Shown here: one piece after another, positions 24,261 to 37,567 of the stretch
How the letters are laid out: each line of letters starts with the position of its first letter
Position numbering within the stretch: the stretch's first letter is position 1
Notes under the pieces: model-generated
What the model was told of the DNA's origin: nothing
The model's input: only the letters and a program-made list of their open reading frames with translations
The model's database searches: none
NCBI GenBank assembly: GCA_002269645.1
Contig: NIVC01000885.1
Location: forward strand, 4,695-68,694
Source of the DNA: Macrostomum lignano
Taxonomy: Eukaryota
Length of the DNA stretch: 64,000 bases
Reading direction: 5' to 3'
Program-made: the position numbers and the translations under genes

Positions 24261-24815
24261 TCAAGTGTGATGCCGGATAATCGGCCTGCCAGTTTGCGCC
24301 GATCCAGACTTAGCAATATCGCTGACCTGCTGCAGCTCTATAGAAGCATATTTCAATCGCAGTCGCATTATATGCCGCATCAGTTCGTCCCGCTCCGATG
24401 AAGAGTTCACACCCATAAGCAGCAGTCTGGCATTGTTCAACAACGGCAGTGCCAAACCGGAGATCTGGTGCTCGCGAAATCTTGCAACATATTTGCCGCA
24501 CACTGGGCCGCCACGCCTGGACAGCCAGTCGGCCACTTCTTCCACAGACCACTGGCGCAGGGGTCGCTTATTTGACGAAATGGAACTGCCGCCCCCGCCG
24601 CCTCCTCCGGCTGGGGTGGCCGCTGAATCCGGGTGCAGATTGATTCTGACAGCAGTACGAGGCTGCTGCTGCTGCTGCTGATTCTGCAGATGAGGCGTCT
24701 GAGGCGGTGTGGGAGTTGGTGTAGTCGACGGAGTGGCTGCTTGCTGCTGAGGAGCAGCAGTCTGCGGTTGGTGCACTGGCGTAGACTGAAATGCAGTTTG
24801 CCCCCAATTCACTTG
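24261..24815 (-). CDS. Terminal coding exon of an Aveugle/SAMD10/SAMD12-like SAM-domain protein (5' exon not found)
   Basis: Acceptor TTCCTAG|CAA at 24816. The SAM sequence QWSVEEVADWL...FREHQISGLAL...MGV...RDELMRHIMRLRLK...IELQQ matches the Aveugle-type pattern, including the post-SAM helix. There is no in-frame ATG before the SAM. AATAAA occurs on the minus strand near 23707 and 23421. Confidence 0.75.
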   Translation of the reverse strand, partial: QVNWGQTAFQSTPVHQPQTAAPQQQAATPSTTPTPTPPQTPHLQNQQQQQQPRTAVRINLHPDSAATPAGGGGGGGSSISSNKRPLRQWSVEEVADWLSRRGGPVCGKYVARFREHQISGLALPLLNNARLLLMGVNSSSERDELMRHIMRLRLKYASIELQQVSDIAKSGSAQTGRPIIRHHT

Positions 24816-27374
24816 CTAGGAATGCAACTTTTTAATAGCAAAATTTTCTATACCCTAGTTTCTTTTTCGTGTATCAATTGATATGACATCTACATTAAAA
24901 AATAATCTAATAATAAATGCCTTCCAATGCCATTACTTTATAAATTTAAATAAAAACTACTCATTTTTTTAACTAATATGACTGTTATTTTCGTGTGAAC
25001 TTAATGTAAGCAAAAAATTATTATCAATGGTACTAGCTAAGGTCCAAATTACAAATTCAACAACTTTTGTATTCATTTCTCATTAACCTTTAATGGCAAT
25101 AAGAATAACTTAAAAATATATTGTACTTATATAGTAAATAGTAAACTCAATATAAAAGATTAAAGCCAGTTAAAGAAGTCAATGTGAGAGCTGTCCATTT
25201 GCTCTGAAGGTGTTGGACAACTCAGCTTGTTATTTTTAATTGCATGGAGATTTTTTTATGAAAATTCATCAATGTTGTGTGCAGATATTGGTGCAAGTTT
25301 GTGTGCAGTTTCTTCAAAATTGGTGCCAGTTCGTAGGAGTAATTCAGTGATACAGAGAACTTTTGGGATGACCCTCGTATATAGTAAGACAAACAAATTA
25401 TTAACAGTCTTTTATATTTCCTTGATTGATTTAATCAACAAAGTAGAAAGCCTGGTTACAATTACAAGAGATCAAGACTGGTACAAAAAGGTCACTTGAG
25501 CTCTTTTTTATGGGAATACCCTGAAAAGGCAGTTGTGAAGATCATTTTGAGGCTAATGACAAACAAAATACAAATATTTCACAACCGAACAGGATTAGGC
25601 AACAAAAAAGATAACTTCTCTCCTTTGAGCCTCATGTGAATTGCACTGTTTCTAAGAACTATAAGGATGCAACCAATTTGGATATCTTGTCAGCAGTTGC
25701 ATTAGTACTTAAAAATATAATTGATTGCAATGATGAATATAAGTGACAAAGAGTAAGTCAAAAAAATCTAATAAGCCTACAATCAGAATTAATAACTTTC
25801 AAGCCTATCAAACATTCTTTTCAAATAATAGACCTTGGATGTAATTCAATATCAAACATATAGTAAAAACCTAGGTTAGGTTTTTCATGCAATATAGTAT
25901 TATCAGTGGTATACATGATACTAAAAAGTATTAAGTAGTATGCATAATACTAAAAAAGTATTGGTTTGTATTGGTAAAAACCAATACTCCAATACGTTTT
26001 CTGAAAAAAGTATCGCTGATACCTGAAAGTCCAATACCAAAATTTGAATATTGGCAATATCATATTCATATTTATAGAGCCGCAGCTTCAGCTAAATAAA
26101 GAACAATCAGCATGAAGCTTATAAATAAATCTGTAACATTCTCCCTTTAGTCAGTTGGCCCATTCCATAAAGATGGACATATTTGGAAAATAGAAAAAAG
26201 TCAATATTTTTGCTTGTCATTGCCTTATCAGCCAATTTTTTTACCAAATCTTTTTTGTGTGTAATGTATACAATCTAAGAATAAATAAATGATCAAATGT
26301 TGGATAAGTATGTTATCAATTGGCAAAAAGTTATTTTTGTAAAAAATTGGACATTTTCTAAGCAAAAGACATCATTAAGTTTATGTACCTTTTAAAAAAA
26401 TAGAAAGCATTAGAAGGTTAAAACAAACTATATATAAAATCATAGTACTTGCATTATCAGGTAAAAACATTAGCAACCATATAATCTATTATATTTTTAA
26501 TATATTAGTACGTCAAAGTTACTGAATTGACAGAAAAAAATATGTTACGACCATAATGTTACTAACATAAGGCTGCCTTTTCTTTTGTATCTTTGTTGCC
26601 TTTTTGAGTTTATATATTCTAATAAAAGAGTTATGACTTCTAAAGATGTTCTTAGTCAAATTTAAAAAAAATTTTGCAAAATATCAAAAATGAAAAATGT
26701 TATAAGACTTTTACCTTTTAGTTTCTATATGTCAAAAATCCTGTTGTTACGACCATAAGTGCCATTCAAGGTTTAATAGCATCTATACTAATGATGATAT
26801 CTATATGAAACTTTATAAACATATTTTTGACAAAATAATATTTCATTTAAAATATTGGTTTAGTATATTCTATTATTAGATTTCATTTTATAAGTAAACA
26901 TACATGCGCAACAGTCGGCCGATTTGGCCAACCGATTTGGCGGCCAATCAAGGAAGTCACAAAAATGCCCACCCAAATAGTAGTACTAAGTTGCTGACGA
27001 GGCATTTTGGCTTAATAAGACAGTCATAGTTACTCCTGCCATTTACCCAAAGTTACGTTAATTTTGTTTTAGGATTTTTTTTATATGAAAGTCGCATTTT
27101 TGGCCAAAAACTACATTGCATTTTTGTTAAAACTAAGTTGCGCAGCCGACTGAATTTTGGAGGTTGCGCATGCATGTAAGTAAAAATAGTCTGTCATGTT
27201 ACAACTATAATTATATGGAATGGCCCAGTTGTGCACCATGTACACAGATTACCAAGTAACCATTAGCCAATGTCTGGCATGCCCAGCTTTGAGTAGTGAA
27301 ACCTATCAGGTTCCTTACACTGATGTTTAAGCTGCAACATGATTCATGTTAAAGGTATCACTTTCATGCTTTCC

Positions 27375-27690
27375 CTATGCCCAGCATACTCTAGAGTGAG
27401 TTAGATTTGTAGGTGGCTCTTTGATAGTCACTAGGTTTGGTATATACCTGTTGTAGAACTCTACCATTCCAATGAATGATTGCAGTGTTTTAATGTCCTT
27501 GGGTTCCTTCATCCTAGCAATTGCTCTTGCCTTCTTTGGTATGGGTCTTACTCCTTTCTCATTTATTTTGTAACCCAGGAATTTGATTGCTAGTTGATTG
27601 AAAATGCTTTTTTCCTTGTTGATGTGAAGTCCATTCTTTCTCAAAATGTTCTGAACATTAGTGAGTCTTGTGTTGTGCATGATCTTGTCT
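27375..27690 (-). mobile_element. Gypsy/Ty3 LTR-retrotransposon RT C-terminal fragment
   Basis: H...L..V...LRKNGLHINKEKSIF....IKFLGYKI...GVRP.PKK..AI..M.EPKDIK.LQSFIGMVEFYNRYIPN; truncated upstream by an (ATGGT)n run where YxDD would be expected. Confidence 0.85.
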
Positions 27691-27999
27691 TCACCCCATA
27701 CCATTACCATACCATACCCATACCATACAATTCTTGAGCTTAACAAATTTTTACTTTTTCGCTAATCATGCAAAAAGGTTAACACCTTGCCTCTGCATGT
27801 ATGAGCTTACATGTTTTATAAAAAGTATCTTTGATATGTTTAAACCAGAATACTTAAGATTTAACTTACTTTAAAAATACAAAATGCTGGTGTATTATGT
27901 ATTATACACTCGTACATAGAAATATAGTAGAAGTTGTACTATACTTCACCGCTGTTTAAGCTGAAGATCTAGATACGAGTAGTCCATTTCATTAAGGCT

Positions 28000-28485
28000 T
28001 TAAGTCTTTAGCCAATTAAAATCCACGCCGATGAGTTCAGCCAGTGGGCTTGTAGAGGTTGAGGTGGATGCAGCACAAGGCCTAGAACAGTATGTGCCCC
28101 GCCCCGCACAATCTTTCTTGTAGAAAAGGCGATTCTCACCTCCCCACTGAGTCTTTGAACCGCACTTCCTTTCATTTCCTATAGATTTTCTTACTTGTGT
28201 AGCATGATCATCAATGTCTAAATTGTTAAAATATAACCAAAATTTCGAAATAATTTTCGATGAATGGTGTCGAAATTCGAAATTGAAATTATTTTGATGC
28301 AAAATTAGTTTCGAAATTTGGAATCTCGAAATCGAAATCAAATTTTGATCCATCACTACTATAGGATGGTACAGACCAAAAGGTATGCTCCAGGTGAGCA
28401 TCACACTTGAATCAGCATCTACCAAATTGTCACCAAAAAGGCTATCACCAAAATGTCTTGTCACCAAAATGTCCAGGAACCCACA
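28000..28485 (-). mobile_element. Possible DNA-transposon remnant with subterminal GACATTTTGGTGA repeats
   Basis: Tandem TCACCAAAA(TGTC) motifs at 28410-28480 ending GGAACCC; repeated TTTCGAAA motifs; weak FLYWCH-like peptide KTQW..ENR....DCAGRG. Confidence 0.3.
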
Positions 28486-31276
28486 AATATATATATAGGG
28501 CCTATATTATATAAAGTTAGTCCTAATTTAGCAATGTTTGTTAAATGTTAAGCTAACCTGGTGTTTTAATAATTAAAACTAATATTAATAATTTAAAAAT
28601 ATTGTCTTATTTACTAAGACTCATTTAAAAAAAGGTTTTGTTTCATTTTATTTTTTCTCTTAATTCAATTTCTTAAGAATTAAAACAGGATCATGTGATT
28701 CAAGAAATCAATACTAAAATAGAGAATAGACTAGTCATATAGATTTTAATCAAACTATGTATAACATCATTAATGGATAGTGTTCCGCCATAGCCATAGC
28801 CACGGCAATGGGATCCTACAGCAAATATGGTAAAATAGGTGCCTATGGCAGCTATGGATATGCCTACCCTATGGTAGATAGCTGCTCTTATGGGTATGAC
28901 TATAGAAATATGGTAGTTGTTGTCACATTCCATAGATTCCCATAGCCATAGTTATAAATTTAAAAAATTTTAAAAAATATTAGAAACAGGTAAAGTAAAA
29001 CAAAGATACTTGAGTAAAGTGTATCATGATTTACAAAATTTAAAAAACACTAGCAAATTTCAACTCTAATCCATGTGAATAGGGTCAGTTTCTTTTCACC
29101 TAATTAATTAGAAATTGATATTTTGGTATTTCGGTGTTTTGGAGTTAAAATCACTTAGTGTAATCAACTATGAACATATTAACAAACACACTTTATAGTT
29201 TAATACTTTACTATAGAAAAAAAGTTTACTAGGTGCTAGTTTGCTCATTGTATTATATATATTTTTTTATTTTATTAAAAAAATTCTTTTATTGGATTAT
29301 TGTTAGTTAATTTGGAATCATGGTTTTTAATATAAATAAATAAAATATAGCAAATAAATGCTTAGTGTTTCTTCTGCTTTTATACATGTTTTTGTAATGT
29401 TGGTAACAAAACTTTCACATTTGACACTGCTAGTTTGCTGAGTTTTTTTGCAAAAAATGTTTTTCTTTGCAGTCTTTTAAACAACCCTTGCAGTTATTTA
29501 AGTACTGGGCTTATACCTTCCTAATTCAAAGGACTTTATTTCCAAGAATCTTTGTTAAAACTATGGCTATGGCTATAGCTATTGCTATGGGAATATGGTA
29601 ATATTAAAGTCCCTACAGCTATGGAATAGAGAATTGGAATAAGCCATAGTTTTGCTTATAGCTATGGCTATGGTATATAGACCCTTCTTACGGTGGAATA
29701 CTAGGCCTATTAATGGACTTTATTTATATCTAGGCCTAGGGCCTAAGTCTGCATAGTATGCTTGCAAAATGTGGCCTTGTATTTATATATATAGGATATA
29801 GTCATAGTCATAGATAGTAAATGCATGCAAATAAATTGACTAGATTTTTTAAAATTAAAAAAACATGCCAGTTTAACAAAGTAGACACTACTTTTATTAG
29901 AAATATAAAATTTAAATATTTTGTAAAGTGTTTATCATTGTTTGCTATATAATTACTTTATTATTATTATTTTGGCATTATAAACAATAAACTGGGGTAC
30001 CAAACAGCAATCTGGGGCACTATAAAATCCATATTGCGGAAGGAGGGGTATACACCGGAATTTTCCGGCAAACACTTGAGTTCTGTGGCATATACTGGCA
30101 TACATTTCTTGGCTATGTACAGTGTGGTGTATAGTGTGGCATACACGGGTACAAATTAATATAGGACTAAACAATTTTTTGTGCATTTTTCTATGTTAAG
30201 TTATTTCAAAAACTATTTTTCCTGTTACTATTTTCTCATTTACTAATAATTTTAATTACCAGAATTGTCATGACCATATTTAAATATTCAATTCTTTTTG
30301 GCATACATTTGGCATCAAAGAAAGTTGGCGTACATTTAAAATTTGTTGGCATACAATTGAAAATTCTATGAAAATGTGTCCGGCGTACACAGAAAACCTA
30401 CCACAATATGGTATTCCGCAACCTTCCACAAAATGCCAGGCAGGCAAGCACCAAAGTGTATAGAAACCCAATTGCAACTTAATTGGTTAAACATTCTAGT
30501 GTGGGCTGGGCCTGGGGGCCAATTCTAGGCTCACGGCTGAATTCAAATGTTGATTTTTCAACCCATTGTCATCGATGACTAGTTCCTTCTTAAATCTACG
30601 AAAAGATGATGCCCTAGGCTAGGGCTAGGCCTATACTTCGAGTCGACCTAGGCCTATTTGCAGGAAAAAATTTCTTGTTGTTAAAAACACGATAGGCCTA
30701 GCCACCTAGCTATGGAATCGAAAAAAACAAATGTCAAGGTAAATAACTTCATTTCTTACTTATGGTTAGCATCGTATCAGCCTTCTTAAAGTTTTGTAAT
30801 AATTAATGCATTATCTGCAGAGTACAGAGTATAATATTATTGATATTGCAGTGATTTTTAGTTTTTATTTAGACAAGGTCTGCGAATAATAAAGGAAAAC
30901 CGTGCCAAATGCCGTAAGTGAGCTAGTGGCTTACTTTAACTGCAAGCTCTCACTAAAACATGCACGCAGGTCGGCCGGCTCGCTATTGAATTTTACGGAT
31001 TCAAACTTGGCACTAAATTCCCAGAAACTTTGTGAAAGTAAAACAAATTTATTGTAAAAAATAGTATAATAAAGTTTTTTTTCTTGTTTAATTAAGTAAA
31101 TAACACTACTTTTTTTACCTTAAAATAAAATTTTGCTTGTTTTTTCTTGATTTTTAATTTGCATCTACATTTTCATGACGCTTAGGCTTCATGAAAGACT
31201 GAAAGCAGTAGAAGTATTTTAAACTCGTATTTTAAATGATGTTTTAAAATACGAGTACTATAGCTAGTATGAGATA

Positions 31277-31640
31277 CTAGCAATCTGCAATGCATTGTCC
31301 TCTTTCGGGTTTGGGGCGCCCAATAAGTAGGGGCAACAATTATTAATGTAATCCTATTAGCCTTGACGCCTTGAAAAGCGAATCCCTCGATAAGCCTTAA
31401 CATCTCAACAACTTCCCCAGTACGCCTTGACATCTTAGAAATTCCCCCAGGAAGTCTCGACAAACAATTATAAGTATCATGATCAGCTTACCCCCAGAAA
31501 AGCCTTGGCCAATTCCCCCAGACTTGACATCTACTCGCAATTCCCCCCAGTAATAAGCGTTGACATCTCAGCAACCCCCCCCCCCAGCAAGCCTGCTGGA
31601 CAACTTAGTAATTGCCCCCAGTATTAATTAGCCTTGACTT
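31277..31640 (-). mobile_element. 3' end of a Helitron-like element (same family, minus strand)
   Basis: ACTAGCAATCT at 31276-31286 is the reverse complement of AGATTGCTAG|T, the family terminus. It is followed by CCTTGACATCTCAGCAA..CCCC subunits, the reverse complement of the tail subunits of the + copies. Confidence 0.7.
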
Positions 31641-32189
31641 AATACGTTCATTACTTGGGAGAGTGGGAGCAGCTGGCATGCTAGCTTGTTATGCTCCCTG
31701 CCTTAATTAGGTCGGTGACAAGCGAATTCACAATTTCCTGCGTCCTGTTCCTGCGTCCTTGGTGTACATTTACCTGTTTTTTCTATTCGTTGGCAATTCT
31801 CTGCGCGCTCTGGCATGCAGACATGTCGTCATATACGTAATACCAATGTAACATGCAACGCGTTTTACATGCATGTATTCTCCAGCTTAGCGACAGAGAC
31901 GCTCCCTGACGTTTTGATAAGTCTTTGAAAGGATTTTCTCTGTTGTTGTTATAATTAATATTAGCTTGTTTTCAGGTACATATGTACAGTTGTACAGTAC
32001 ATGTAACATGTAACATTATGTTAAACGTCAGTAGTATACATGTATTGCTTTTGACGATCTAATCGGAATTGGGACCATAAAACGTAAGGACGCCATAGAC
32101 CTTCAACACAGGCTACAGACTCGATCTGGCTGCTTGGGAATACAAAACCATAGAATTTGGAATTGGACAATCAAAATAGGGAAAAGCCA

Positions 32190-32453
32190 TTCAAAACGGG
32201 AATCCGCAGGGGAAGGGGGGCGGGCTGCCCCCGGGTGACCACCCCTCACCACTCTCAGGGGGTGACCAACCCCAGGGGGTGACCACCCACTTAAAAAAAA
32301 TTGGTACTTTACCATATTTTTTCAAAAGTGTGGTCACCCCATGGGGCATGGGGGTGGTCACCTGAGACCTTTTTTTCTGGGGGTGACCACCCAGCCGGGG
32401 GGGTGACCACCCAACCACCGCCCCCCCCAGCTGGAGGTCCTGCGCCGCCACTG
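32190..32453. mobile_element. Partial MITE of the CAGTGGCGGCGCAG family
   Basis: Ends CTGCGCCGCCACTG at 32440-32453; multiple GGTGACCACC motifs as in 7458-7756; the other terminus was not found. Confidence 0.6.
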
Positions 32454-32497
32454 ATCCACTGAAGTGCTAAAATTCATGTTATCAAAACGATGAGAGC

Positions 32498-32550
32498 TAG
32501 CCTAGAGGTAAACGGACTGACTGCTAAATGCAGGGACGATGGTTCGGATT
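32498..32550 (+). promoter_or_regulatory. Degenerate tRNA-like Pol III A/B boxes in Helitron copy C
   Basis: A-box TAGCCTAGAGG at 32498-32508; B-box GGTTCGGAT at 32541-32549; tRNA-like spacing. Confidence 0.55.
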
Positions 32551-32604
32551 TTTAGAGAGTTTTTTTAATTAAAGTTTTTTAACGCCAAAAAAACTAAAAA
32601 ATCA

Positions 32605-35600
32605 TGCAAGCGTCATGTAAAAAATCATAAAAGCGTTATGTAAAAAATCATAGAAGCGTCATGTAAAAAATCATAAAAGCGTTATGTAAAAATCATAGAA
32701 GCGTCATGTAAACAATCATAAAAGCGTTATGTAAAAATCATAGAAGCGTCATGTAAACAATCATAGAAGCGTCATGTAAACAATCATAGAAGCGTCATGT
32801 AAACAATCATAGAAGCGTCATGTAAAAATCATAGAAGCGTCATGTAAAAAATCATAGAAGCATCATGTAAACAATCATAGAAGCGTCATTTAAACAATCA
32901 TAGAAGCGTCATGTAAACAATCATAGAAGCGTCATGTAAAAATCATAGAAGCGTCATGTAAAAAATCATAGAAGCGTCATGTAAACAATCATAGAAGCGT
33001 CATGTAAACAATCTTAGAAGCGTCATGTAAAAATCATAGAAGCGTCATATAAACAATCATAGAAGCGTCATGTAAAAAATCTTAGAAGCGTCATGTAAAA
33101 ATTACAGAAGCGTCATATAAACAATCATAGAAGCGTCATGTAAAAATCATAGAAGCGTCATGTAAAAATCATAGAAGCGTCCTGCAGAAATCGTAGAAGC
33201 GTCATGAAATAATCATAGAAGCGTCATGTAAAAAGCATAGAAGCGTCATGTAAAAAATCATAGAAGCGTCATGTAAACAATCATAGAACCGTCACGTAAA
33301 AAATCTTAGAAGCGTCATGTAAAAATCATAGAAGCGTCATGTAAAAATCATAGAAGCGTCCTGCAGAAATCGTAGAAGCGTCATGAAATAATCATAGAAG
33401 CGTCATGTAAAAAGCATAGAAGCGTCATGTAAAAAATCATAGAAGCGTCATATAAACATCATAGAAGCGTCATGTAAACAATCATAGAAGCGTCATGTAA
33501 AAAATATAAGCGTCATGTAAAAACCATAGAAGCGTCATGTAAACAATCATAGAAGCGTCGTGCAAACAATCATAGAAGCGTCATGTAAACAATCATAGAA
33601 GCGTCATGTAAAAATCAAAAAAGCGTCATGTAAAAAATCTTAGATGCGTCATGTAAAAATTACAGAAGCGTCATATAAACAATCATAGAAGCGTCATGTA
33701 AAAATCATAGAAGCGTCATGTAAAAATCATAGAAGCGTCCTGCAGAAATCGTAGAAGCGTCATGAAATAATCATAGAAGCGTCATGTAAAAAGCATAGAA
33801 GCGTCATGTAAAAAATCATAGAAGCGTCATATAAACAATCATAGAAGCGTCACGTAAAAAATCTTAGAAGCGTCATGTAAAAATCATAGAAGCGTCATGT
33901 AAAAATCAAAGAAGCGTCCTGCAGAAATCGTAGAAGCGTCATGAAATAATCATAGAAGCGTCATGTAAAAAGCATAGAAGCGTCATGTAAAAAATCATAG
34001 AAGCGTCATATAAACATCATAGAAGCGTCATGTAAACAATCATAGAAGCGTCATGTAAACAATCATAGAAGCGTCATGTAAAAATATAAGCGTCATGTAA
34101 AAACCATAGAAGCGTCATGTAAACAATCATAGAAGCGTCATGTAAAAAATCATAGAAGCGTCATGAAAAAATCATAGAAGCGTCATGTAAACAATCATAG
34201 AAGCGTCATGTAAACAATCATAGAAGCATCATGTAAACCATCATAGAAGCATCACGTAAAAATCATAGAAGCGTCATGTAAACAATCATAGAAGCGTCAT
34301 GTAAAAAATCATAGAAGCGTCATGTAAACATCATAGAAGCGTCATGTAAACAATCATAGAAGCGTCATGTAAAAAATCATAGAAGCGTCATGTAAACAAT
34401 CATAGAAGCGTCATGTAAAAAATCATAGAAGCGTCATGTAAACAATCATAGAAGCGTCATGTAAAAAATCATAGAAGCGTCATGTAAACAATCATAAAAG
34501 CGTTATGTAAAAATATAAGCGCCATGTAAAAACCATAGAAGCGTCATGTAAACAATCATAGAAGCGTCATGTAAAAAATCATAGAAGCGTCATGAAAAAA
34601 TCATAGAAGCGTCATGTAAACAATCATAGAAGCGTCACGTAAAAAATATAAGCGTCATGTAAAAACTATAGAAACGTCATATAAACAATCATAGAAGCGT
34701 CATATAAAAAGCATAGAAGCGTCATGTAAAAAATCATAGAAGCGTCACGTAAAAATCATTGAGGCGTCATGTAAAAAATCATAGAAGCGTCATATAAACA
34801 TCATAGAAGCGTCATGTAAACAATCATAGAAGCGTCATGTAAAAAATCATAGAAGCGTCATATAAACATCATGGAAGCGTCATGTAAACAATCATAGAAG
34901 CGTCATGTAAACAATCATAGAAGCGTCATGTAAAAAATATAAGCGTCATGTAAAAGCCATAGAAGCGTCATGTAAACAATCATAGAAGCGTCATGTAAAA
35001 ATCATAGAAGCGTCATGAAAAAATCATAGAAGCGTCATGTAAACAATCATAGAAGCGTCATGTAAAAAATATAAGCGTCATGTAAAAACCATAGCAGCGT
35101 CATGTAAACAATCATAGAAGCGTCGTGCAAACAATCATAGAAGCGTCATGTAAACAATCATAGAAGCGTCATGTAAAAATCAAAAAAGCGTCATGTAAAA
35201 AATCTTAGATGCGTCATGTAAAAATTACAGAAGCGTCATATAAACAATCATAGAAGCGTCATGTAAAAATCATAGAAGCGTCATGTAAAAATCATAGAAG
35301 CGTCCTGCAGAAATCGTAGAAGCGTCATGAAATAATCATAGAAGCGTCATGTAAAAAGCATAGAAGCGTCATGTAAAAAATCATAGAAGCGTCATATAAA
35401 CAATCATAGAAGCGTCACGTAAAAAATCTTAGAAGCGTCATGTAAAAATCATAGAAGCGTCATGTAAAAATCAAAGAAGCGTCCTGCAGAAATCGTAGAA
35501 GCGTCATGAAATAATCATAGAAGCGTCATGTAAAAAGCATAGAAGCGTCATGTAAAAAATCATAGAAGCGTCATATAAACATCATAGAAGCGTCATGTAA

Positions 35601-36665
35601 ACAATCATAGAAGCGTCTTGTAAACAATCATAGAAGCGTCATGTAAAAATATAAGCGTCATGTAAAAACCATAGAAGCGTCATGTAAACAATCATAGAAG
35701 CGTCATGTAAAAAATCATAGAAGCGTCATGAAAAAATCATAGAAGCGTCATGTAAACAATCATAGAAGCGTCATGTAAACAATCATAGAAGCATCATGTA
35801 AACCATCATAGAAGCATCACGTAAAAATCATAGAAGCGTCATGTAAAAATCAAAGAAGCGTCCTGCAGAAATCGTAGAAGCGTCATGAAATAATCATAGA
35901 AGCGTCATGTAAAAAGCATAGAAGCGTCATGTAAAAAATCATAGAAGCGTCATATAAACATCATAGAAGCGTCATGTAAACAATTATAGAAGCGTCATGT
36001 AAACAATCATAGAAGCGTCATGTAAAAATATAAGCGTCATGTAAAAACCATAGAAGCGTCATGTAAACAATCATAGAAGCGTCATGTAAAAAATCATAGA
36101 AGCGTCATGAAAAAATCATAGAAGCGTCATGTAAACAATCATAGAAGCGTCATGTAAACAATCATAGAAGCATCATGTAAACCATCATAGAAGCATCACG
36201 TAAAAATCATAGAAGCGTCATGTAAACAATCATAGAAGCGTCATGTAAAAAATCATAGAAGCGTCATGTAAACATCATAGAAGCGTCATGAAAAAATCAT
36301 AGAAGCGTCATGTAAACAATCATAGAAGCGTCATGTAAAAAATATAAGCGTCATGTAAAAACCATAGAAGCGTCATGTAAACAATCATAGAAGCGTCGTG
36401 CAAACAATCATAGAAGCGTCATGTAAACAATCATAGAAGCGTCATGTAAAAATCAAAGAAGCGTCATGTAAAAAATCAAAGAAGCGTCATGTAAAAATCA
36501 TAGAAGCGTCATATAAACATCATAGAAGCATCATGTAAAAATCATAGAAGCGTCATGAAAAATCATAGAAGCCTCATTTAAAGACTAATGAAAGTGTCAT
36601 TTAAAAAATTAAGAAGCATCATGGTAGAATAAAAGAAGCGTCATGTCAGACATGAAGGTGTCATG
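32605..36665. repeat. 22-23-bp satellite (AAACAATCATAGAAGCGTCATGT)n, about 4 kb
   Basis: About 175 units; higher-order blocks marked by the CCTGCAGAAATCG variant. Confidence 0.99.
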
Positions 36666-37479
36666 TAAAAATTAAATGCAGTTATAATGCTGTGCTGGGG
36701 AGAATTACTGAGACGTCAAGGCTCTCAGAGAATAACTGAGATTACGGGGGGGGGTGGTTCTGAGATGTCAAAGCAAAAGTCAGAAGCTACTTCAAAGTTC
36801 ATGTACTTTACTCAATTTTTTATTGCATTCTTTGTTGGCTCGCCACGGGGGGAGGCGCTGATAGAAGAAGAGTCATGTAAAAAATAAAAGTAGCACTAAG
36901 TATACATAAAAGAAAGGTCATGTCGAAGTTAAAAGATTCATTTGGGAATTGCTACGATGTCAAAGCTTGGTGGAAATCGTTATAGTGCTGTGATTCTTAA
37001 AGAAGGAATCACTAAAATGTCAAGGCTTAGGGGAGAAGAATTGCTGAGATTTCAAGGCTTTAGGTTGGGTTAAAGTTAGGTTTAGGTCAGGTGTGGGTTG
37101 AGGGTTATATTTTATCGGGTTTCAAGGTTAACAGGGGATTTTTTAGATTTCAAGGTTTATGGGGGCCATCGCTGACATGTCAAGGCTTACGGGGGAATAG
37201 CTGAGATGTCAAGGCTCACTGGGGTATAAATGAGATTTCAAGGCTAAAGCCAGAAGCTACATGTAGTTTATTGAAAACTTTTTATTACATTATTTGATGC
37301 CTCCTCAGGGGAGGGATCGCTGATAAAAAAGCGTAATGTAAAAAATAAAAGAAGCTTCATGTCGAAGTTAAGAGATTCATTTGGGAATCCCTACGATGTC
37401 GAGGCTTGCAGGGAATCGCAATAATGCTGTAGTAGTGCTATAATGACTCTTAGAGAGAATTACTGAAATTTCAATGCTT

Positions 37480-37567
37480 TAGGGTTAGGTTAGGGTCAGG
37501 GTTAGGGTTAGGGTTAGGGCTAGGGTTAGGCTAGGGTTAGGGTTAGGGTTAGGTTTGGATTAGGGTT
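37480..37567 (+). repeat. Interstitial telomeric (TTAGGG)n run inside Helitron copy C
   Basis: About 14 perfect or variant hexamers. Confidence 0.93.

Noticed and set aside
22455-24340. Splicing the SAM exon onto ph to make a two-SAM protein
   Set aside because: The candidate donor CAG|GTCAGC joined to the available acceptors meets in-frame stops, and AATAAA signals lie between the genes.
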